Assembly (NCBI GenBank): GCA_039810425.1
Contig: JBDHWW010000019.1
Span: 1-63,515, forward strand
From: Pseudobdellovibrionaceae bacterium
GTDB taxonomy: Bacteria; Bdellovibrionota; Bdellovibrionia; Bdellovibrionales; Bdellovibrionaceae
DNA: 63,515 nt
Direction: 5' to 3'
The translations under genes and the position numbers were made by a program. Each line of letters begins with the position of its first letter. Positions within the stretch are counted from its first letter, which is position 1. The notes beneath the pieces were generated by a model, which saw only the letters and a program-made list of their open reading frames with translations, was not told where the DNA came from and did no database searches. Below, piece after piece: positions 57,674 to 63,515 of this stretch.

Positions 57674-58922
57674 CAATCGGCCTTCCTTTAACTTTATCGA
57701 GCTGCTCGGCATTTTTCTTTTCGCCAGGGTTGAAATAGCCCGCCGCCTTCTTGGCTTCGATTTCTACTTGGGCATCGGCTGGAATCAGCTCGGACGGAAT
57801 GGAAATGCGGTTCACGACTTCAATTCCGCTCTTCACGATGGCGTCGTATTTCATATTCGACATTGAGTGCAGGTTATGAATCTTCGTAATACCAAAAAAG
57901 TGGAGGATATCCGGCATCAACTCTTGGAAACGAGCATCTTCAACTCCCGCCACACATTCGGTACGGTGAAAGTAGGTCGCAGCCGAGTCCCCGCCTTTTT
58001 GACGTTTGCGGGCGTTGTAAACCAAGAACTTCGTCACCTCACCCAGCGCACGGCCCTCCTTACGATAGTAAGCGATGAATCCCACACCTCCGCGCTGAGC
58101 CGTTCTTGCCGCATCTTCAATACCGTAAATCAAATAAGGGCGGCACGTGCAGATATCCGAACCAAACACGTCAGAACCATTGCACTCATCATGCACCCGG
58201 CACGTGAGTTCCACTTCTGGTTTTGAAAGATCTTGGAGGTCACCGAAAATATAAACGGTCGTGCTGCCAATTGGCGGAAGCATGACTTTGATATCCGGAC
58301 GAGTCACCAGCTCAGGAAACATCCCGCCGGTTTCTTGGAACAGGATCTTACGAAGCTCCCCTTCATCGACGCCAAGGCGTTTTGCAATCCCCGGCAAATA
58401 CCACACGGGCTCCAGCGCCACCTTCGTGACGCGGATGTCGCGATTTTCTTTAATAATTTTCCCGTCCACCTTCAAACGTCCGGCATCAATGGCTTCGTGA
58501 ATCTCAGGAATTTGCAAATGCGCCTGAGTCACCGCAATCGTCGGGCGAACATCATAGCCCTCGTCATAGAATTTTTTAAAATGAATTGGCACATCCAAGC
58601 CCCATGGATCGATCGAAACCATTTTATCCGGGTCAGACCATGAAGGGAAGGGACCGACTTTGACCGGGCTCTCGGTGTTATTCAAGTCCGGCTTATGACG
58701 AGTTGAGTACTTCCCTTGAGCAATCGAAAGAGCGCGATAGACCGCATAGCTTCCACTGTGCGTACCGATGGCGTTGCGTTTTTTCGTGTCCGTCAAAGAG
58801 CCGATAATCGGTCCGCGCTCCGTGGGATTTTTCGCCCCCCAATGGATTGGCAAGCTGTCTTTGAAAACATGTTGCGAATGTGACGTCAGAATAACGTGTG
58901 CTGATCTTTTCATCTCGCTCAT
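57666..58922 (-). CDS. URC1/Urg1-type GTP cyclohydrolase II-like protein
   Basis: N-terminal extension (WGA..RGPII, RNAIGTHSGSYAVYRAL); RVHDECNGSDVFGSDICTC zinc motif; RKEGRALGEVTK. Confidence 0.9.
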   Translation of the reverse strand: MSEMKRSAHVILTSHSQHVFKDSLPIHWGAKNPTERGPIIGSLTDTKKRNAIGTHSGSYAVYRALSIAQGKYSTRHKPDLNNTESPVKVGPFPSWSDPDKMVSIDPWGLDVPIHFKKFYDEGYDVRPTIAVTQAHLQIPEIHEAIDAGRLKVDGKIIKENRDIRVTKVALEPVWYLPGIAKRLGVDEGELRKILFQETGGMFPELVTRPDIKVMLPPIGSTTVYIFGDLQDLSKPEVELTCRVHDECNGSDVFGSDICTCRPYLIYGIEDAARTAQRGGVGFIAYYRKEGRALGEVTKFLVYNARKRQKGGDSAATYFHRTECVAGVEDARFQELMPDILHFFGITKIHNLHSMSNMKYDAIVKSGIEVVNRISIPSELIPADAQVEIEAKKAAGYFNPGEKKNAEQLDKVKGRPIDE

Positions 58923-58933
58923 AAATGAACCTC

Positions 58934-60409
58934 TTACGACATCCAGTTGTTGTCGTCTTGTTTTTCCCATTTAACAGTGACTTTTTTAATATTGCTCCAG
59001 AAATCCAACGAGTGGTGGCCGGTGATATCCCCGTGACCAAACTTGGAGGCATTCACCCCACCGAACGAGAATGGCTCGCGCGGCACTGGAACGCCGACAT
59101 TGACCCCCACCATTCCCGTGGAGGCCTGACGAATGACTTTCTCAGCCAGATTTCCGCTGGAAGTAAACACCGAACAGGCATTACCGTACTCGACACTGTT
59201 TTCGATTTCCATGGCGTGGGAAATATCTTTGCAACGAACAATGCTCAGAACCGGACCGAAAAGTTCCAGCGTCGCGGCCTCGCTCCCCGGAGTGACATTG
59301 TCGATGACGGTGGGACCGATCCAGTTCCCACCCTCGAGCCCCGCAGGTGGTTTCGCCTTCCTGCCGTCCAAAAGGATTTTTGCGCCCTTCTTCTCGGCAT
59401 TGCCAATGGCCTGACTCAAGAACTCCACTTGAGATTTGGTGATGATGGCTCCCATGTCTTCGCCTAAAACCAAAGACTGCGCGCGCTCAACGATTTTAGC
59501 GATGTGCTTATCGACGTCCCCGACGGCCAGCAAGACGGCTGCCGCCATACAACGCTGACCCGCGCATCCCGTGAAGGAATCGCTAATCCCCATGCCGGAA
59601 AGTTCCGGATTTGCATCCGGCAAAAGAACAATATGATTTTTTGCGCCACCTAAAGCCAGCACACGCTTGCCTTGACGAGTGCCACGCTCATAAACGGCTT
59701 TTGCGACGGCCGTCGATCCGACAAAGCCAATAGCCTTGACATCTTTGTGATCAATGATGGCTTCCACGGTTTCGCGACCGCCTTGCAGAACTTGGAACAA
59801 ACCGTCCGGCAGTCCCGCTTCTTTTAGAGCGGCCGCAATTCGCAGAGAGGTGAGAGGCGTTTTTTCAGAGGGTTTCCAGATGTAGGCATTTCCCAAAGTC
59901 AATGCAATAGGAATCGTCCACATCGGCACCATCGCCGGAAAGTTGAACGGAGTGATATTCGCAACCACCCCCAAAGGTTCACGGCGGTATTCGCACGAAA
60001 CCCCACGAGACACCTCCGCCTTGCCACCAAGATCCATATTCTGAAGCGCAATCGCAAACTCCAGAACTTCGATCCCTTTCATCAGCCCGGCTTTGCCTTC
60101 AGCAAAACTTTTTCCTGACTCAGAGCTTTTCACGTGAGAGATTTCATCAAGATCGCGCATCAAGACCTGGCGGAAGTTGAACATCACTTTCGTGCGTTCT
60201 TTGAGTGGCACATTCGCCCACTCGGCTTGCGCTTTTTTGGCGGCTTTCGCGGCCGTATCAACTTCGGCCGCCGTGGTGGCCTTCATCTCTCCGATGACTT
60301 TGCCGTTGTAAGGGCTCAGAACCGTCATCGCGGCGCCCGATGCGTTTTGAAATTTCCCATTCACGAAGTTTTCAACTTGAATGGGGGCCCCTGGAATCTT
60401 CACGCTCAT
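58934..60409 (-). CDS. mmsA: CoA-acylating (methyl)malonate-semialdehyde dehydrogenase
   Basis: ITPFNFPAMVPMW, KPSE, GFVGST, GGAKNH, GCAGQRCMA, GMVGVNVGVPVP. Confidence 0.92.
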   Translation of the reverse strand: MSVKIPGAPIQVENFVNGKFQNASGAAMTVLSPYNGKVIGEMKATTAAEVDTAAKAAKKAQAEWANVPLKERTKVMFNFRQVLMRDLDEISHVKSSESGKSFAEGKAGLMKGIEVLEFAIALQNMDLGGKAEVSRGVSCEYRREPLGVVANITPFNFPAMVPMWTIPIALTLGNAYIWKPSEKTPLTSLRIAAALKEAGLPDGLFQVLQGGRETVEAIIDHKDVKAIGFVGSTAVAKAVYERGTRQGKRVLALGGAKNHIVLLPDANPELSGMGISDSFTGCAGQRCMAAAVLLAVGDVDKHIAKIVERAQSLVLGEDMGAIITKSQVEFLSQAIGNAEKKGAKILLDGRKAKPPAGLEGGNWIGPTVIDNVTPGSEAATLELFGPVLSIVRCKDISHAMEIENSVEYGNACSVFTSSGNLAEKVIRQASTGMVGVNVGVPVPREPFSFGGVNASKFGHGDITGHHSLDFWSNIKKVTVKWEKQDDNNWMS

Positions 60410-60449
60410 ACGAACCTCTTTATTTTCACTGTGGGAAAACAAAAAGTGT

Positions 60450-60455
60450 ATTATA
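60450..60455 (-). promoter_or_regulatory. Consensus -10 box upstream of the mmsA-URC operon
   Basis: TATAAT on the minus strand ~40 nt before the ATG, with an AGAGG RBS. Confidence 0.5.
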
Positions 60456-60530
60456 CCGCCTTATATTTGCCAGCGAAAAAGAGCATTTATACTATTACGT
60501 AACACTCCCTGACGTGACGCCACAAAATAA

Positions 60531-61346
60531 CTAAATGTTCGTTACCTCTCCCATCGTTTTTTCAAGCAGTTCCAGGCCCTTATAGTCGTTCTCAACGATG
60601 GTATTGGCCTGAATGATGACCGCAGTCATGAGCTCGCCCTCATCCTTGGTTTTCTCTTCAAAACTTGCGAGCTTCTCTAAGTTACGCATGGCCTTCTCTT
60701 GTTCTTCGATCCAGGCTTTATAGGACGCGCGGCTGATTTTGCACGACTGAACGCCAAACTTGGCCGACACTTTTTCTTTCGCCCCATCATCCCCCTTCTT
60801 ACGAAATCCTTCGCGTACAAGTTCGAGAAAAAACTCACCAGAGTTCCTGATAGCGTTCTCGTAATAAATATCTCCTAGAACGCCGCTACCGAGAGTTGGA
60901 ATGCCTTTAAAATTCGGCTTCACTTTTTGTTTGCCCGTGACGCGAATCAGCCCCTGCTTCTCAAGCCCGATGAGGTACTTGTCAGTGGATCGCTGGGTCA
61001 GTCCGAACTTTTCGGCAATTTGCTTTGGCGTCCCGCCGCTAAAGAGCTGCATGAGGTAAGCAAAAAAGCTACGGTTCTTTGCCAGAAAGGTCTCTTGCTC
61101 CGGAGTAAAATGCACTTCGCGGACCTCACCAGCGCCTATCATAGCTTCGAGTTCTGCAAGGTCGATATCGACAATCTCACAAAGTTGCAGCAAGCGGTTT
61201 AACGTCAACTCCTCGGGGCCGAGGATTCGCTTGATCGTCGGGACGGAGCACTCCAGTTGCTCTGCAAGATCTTCGTAGGTGATGCTTTTCTTTTTCAGAA
61301 GCTCTTTGATAACGGTTTTGATTTTTTGCGACTTGAAGCCTTTCAC
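60531..61346 (-). CDS. XRE-family HTH transcriptional regulator
   Basis: ITYEDLAEQLECSVPTIKRIL; second HTH-like segment (PKQIAEKFGL..LEKQGLI). Confidence 0.85.
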   Translation of the reverse strand: MKGFKSQKIKTVIKELLKKKSITYEDLAEQLECSVPTIKRILGPEELTLNRLLQLCEIVDIDLAELEAMIGAGEVREVHFTPEQETFLAKNRSFFAYLMQLFSGGTPKQIAEKFGLTQRSTDKYLIGLEKQGLIRVTGKQKVKPNFKGIPTLGSGVLGDIYYENAIRNSGEFFLELVREGFRKKGDDGAKEKVSAKFGVQSCKISRASYKAWIEEQEKAMRNLEKLASFEEKTKDEGELMTAVIIQANTIVENDYKGLELLEKTMGEVTNI

Positions 61347-61356
61347 AGCGGGCGCC

Positions 61357-61509
61357 CTAATATCTTAGCAAAGACGAAAGGTGATTGCCATTGTAGCCCT
61401 CGCGCGACCGGCGCACCGTAGGCACCGAAAATTCTCGTTCAAGCACGGCGATATCCGTCGCTGCATTCAAACTAAAGAATCTTTGAAGCAGGTTTGTGAA
61501 GTGTCTCAT
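61357..61509 (-). CDS. Unannotated 50-aa small protein
   Basis: AAGGAG RBS; MRHFTNLLQRFFSLNAATDIAVLEREFSVPTVRRSREGYNGNHLSSLLRY*; ends 10 nt before the regulator start. Confidence 0.6.
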   Translation of the reverse strand: MRHFTNLLQRFFSLNAATDIAVLEREFSVPTVRRSREGYNGNHLSSLLRY

Positions 61510-61590
61510 GGTCTTTTCTCCTTCAGAGCCAACAGCTCTTGAAATAGAAAATGCACCAAAAGGCGCCCCCCCACAAGGAGGTTCTTAAAG

Positions 61591-61658
61591 GCATCGAAAT
61601 ACGATACCAAATGACATATTTTAGCTAATTTTTTGGATAAAATATCAAATTTTGATGC
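61591..61658. promoter_or_regulatory. Paired palindromic operator candidates (ATC-N7-GAT)
   Basis: gcATCGAAATACGATac (61591-61607) and atATCAAATTTTGATgc (61642-61658). Confidence 0.5.
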
Positions 61659-61710
61659 CGCTCAAAAGGTTAAAGAATGGGTCCGCTTTGAGTTTACAAA
61701 CTCCGCAAAC

Positions 61711-63147
61711 CTATTTCTGAGTGGTATCAACCCGGCCTTCATTAAAGACAAATTGCCCGAAGTTGTTGTCCCGGCTCATAATCGTGCGGATATCCTTCAC
61801 GTATTTAGAAGGATTTTCGTTGTAGGTGCGAGCCAGTGCCACTACCAAGACTTCGCTATCCAACGCCTTGCCTTCGGCGCGCATTTTTGCACGCACATCA
61901 CGGAACTGCTGGTAAGGGCCCCGGTTTAGCAATTGGATATAGGCCGCCACCCCCTCACTGAGGGAGGCAAATTTTCTTACGCATACACCGCCGTTTACGG
62001 ACTCACACGGCTGAGTCTTAGCGTTGCCATGCATGCCAAAAAGATTATTTAATTTTCTTGCCATCTTGCTAGTGCCCCAGCCGCTTTCAAGGGCGGCCAT
62101 CGTCAGCAACAAAGGCAAGGGAATGATATCCACACGAGCTAAGAGGTCCGCGTAGCTTGCTTTTTCTGTCAGGTTGTATTCCTTCTTAATGTCGATGAGC
62201 CATTTTTCATCGTCTGAAGTCAACTCGACATGATCCTTCTGTTTTTTCTCAAGACGCAGAATCGCCCTGCGCTGTTTATAAACGACTTCCTCCATGCGAA
62301 TGGCAATCGGTAGCAAGGCGCAGACAAAGCGATTTTTCTTGTCCTCTGAACGTAAATTCTCAAGTTCAGCCGTTGGCATCGACTTCGCCAATTGGGAATC
62401 ATCGTTGTAAAGCTCCTTCAAGTCCACTTCACCTTTGCCGCCAACAACTTTGATTCGCCCGCAGAAATCACCCGTTTTGGAAGATGCCGGCGTCACCGCG
62501 CTCTCCGGCTTTTGCGAGGTCGCTGGCTTTGCCGGAGTTGCTGGCTTTGCCGGTGTCTCCGATTTTTGCGCAACCTCCGGTTTCAACTCGGGTGATTTCT
62601 CCACCTCCGGCTTGTTCATTTCCGGAGCCGGCTGCTGTGGCTCCAGCGCTGGAGCTACAGGCTGAGACGGTTTCTCAGGCTGGTCACCAGGGTCATGAGC
62701 ATTTTGATCAGGCCTTGCAGGTTCAGGCCGCTCACCGGGCTCTTGCTGGTCGCTCGGCTGACTGCCCGACTTCTGGTGCTCATGCTTTTTCTTTTCTTCG
62801 CGTTGGTCTTCGAGCTGTTTTTGATATTGATCTTCGGCATCTTGGGCAATCTCCTCGTCACTGTAAATTGGGTTTTGTTCTGTTAAGTCATTTATGAAAC
62901 TGTCACGCTCCATCGGAGTTTCGAACCGGGAAGACGGCAACGGTTGCGGGTTTTTCAGCTTTTGCAAATCGTTCGCAACCTTGGGGTTTGAAGACGTCGG
63001 CGGACGAAGCGCCTCGTCCGTGTTCATATTATAGCCGCCCCCTTGGCAGGCGGAAAGCACAAGGCTTCCCACGACAAGGGCCGTTGTCATTTGATTTGTT
63101 GCCCAGAAATTGAAAAATATGTTGTCACGTCCCGCTCGTCTTTTCAT
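61711..63147 (-). CDS. GH73 glucosaminidase-domain (Bax-like) lipoprotein
   Basis: Lipobox VLSAC, long P/E/Q/K-rich linker, KKNRFVCALLP, RVDIIP, AALESGWGTS, NNLFG. Confidence 0.85.
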   Translation of the reverse strand: MKRRAGRDNIFFNFWATNQMTTALVVGSLVLSACQGGGYNMNTDEALRPPTSSNPKVANDLQKLKNPQPLPSSRFETPMERDSFINDLTEQNPIYSDEEIAQDAEDQYQKQLEDQREEKKKHEHQKSGSQPSDQQEPGERPEPARPDQNAHDPGDQPEKPSQPVAPALEPQQPAPEMNKPEVEKSPELKPEVAQKSETPAKPATPAKPATSQKPESAVTPASSKTGDFCGRIKVVGGKGEVDLKELYNDDSQLAKSMPTAELENLRSEDKKNRFVCALLPIAIRMEEVVYKQRRAILRLEKKQKDHVELTSDDEKWLIDIKKEYNLTEKASYADLLARVDIIPLPLLLTMAALESGWGTSKMARKLNNLFGMHGNAKTQPCESVNGGVCVRKFASLSEGVAAYIQLLNRGPYQQFRDVRAKMRAEGKALDSEVLVVALARTYNENPSKYVKDIRTIMSRDNNFGQFVFNEGRVDTTQK

Positions 63148-63515
63148 AGTGGCTTCGACAGTTGCAACGCTTATGCCGCAATCAGCGCTGTCAAACTATC
63201 AGACAGCCCTGCGAAAATGCCCCCGTTAACAACCCGAAAACCTTATCTCTTTCGCCTTGTGAAAACTCTTTCCAGTGTATGATCCATTCTAAAAACACCA
63301 CCCCCCCACCTATTCACGGCACTGAGGTTACATTTTTGGGCGCGGGGGTCTTCGCGGAACCTGTTCTTCGGGCGATCTATCTTGTACTCGTTTCTGCGAG
63401 TGCTTGGTGATAGTGTGTCGACGTGAAATCAAGGCTTTGGTGGAGAATGCGGAGTTTTTTATTGCCGCAGAGTCACTGCAAACAGACATCCTGTCTGTTG
63501 AGGGCTCTCCCCTCA

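Noticed and set aside
57666..58922. Annotation as riboflavin-pathway ribA
   Set aside because: The long URC1-type N-terminal domain and the URC4/upp context indicate the uracil-catabolism subfamily.
1..63515. CRISPR arrays, tRNA/rRNA, IS elements, prophage or defence islands
   Set aside because: No regularly spaced repeats, cloverleaf motifs, or transposase, integrase or phage genes were recognised by eye; a tRNAscan, Infernal or CRISPR scan would be definitive.

Overview
Gene-dense chromosomal segment. Gene content and order (pilBTCSR, an Agl/Glt gliding cluster, a gnnA-type lipid A cluster, many secreted proteins) point to a Bdellovibrio-like predatory bacterium; this is an inference from families and synteny, and no database search was run. 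From left to right it holds: a lipoprotein, an M48 peptidase and an orphan TonB-C-like gene; ribF-(aroE-like)-pilB-pilT-like-pilC-pilS-pilR; a CHASE2 kinase with a sigma54 regulator; an envelope supercluster (prfB with +1 frameshift, lolCD, bamA, skp, lpxA, gnnA-like, lpxB, lpxK, lpxL, DUF3108, two GT9 transferases); trpS, ybeY, a 7TM-HD hydrolase, mazG, infA and an RRM protein; an ~12.7 kb Agl-Glt operon; small accessory genes; a five-gene mmsA-URC1-URC4-upp-udk operon; an XRE regulator with an unannotated 50-aa upstream ORF and paired operators; and a GH73 lipoprotein. The best candidates for new biology are (1) a bacterial URC-type uracil catabolic operon apparently coupled to a CoA-acylating (methyl)malonate-semialdehyde dehydrogenase, (2) a gliding motor in which one ExbD/TolR subunit lacks the proton-carrying Asp, and (3) two intact but catalytically degenerate proteins (AroE-like and PilT-like) in the pilus locus. 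No tRNA, rRNA, CRISPR array, IS or prophage was recognised.
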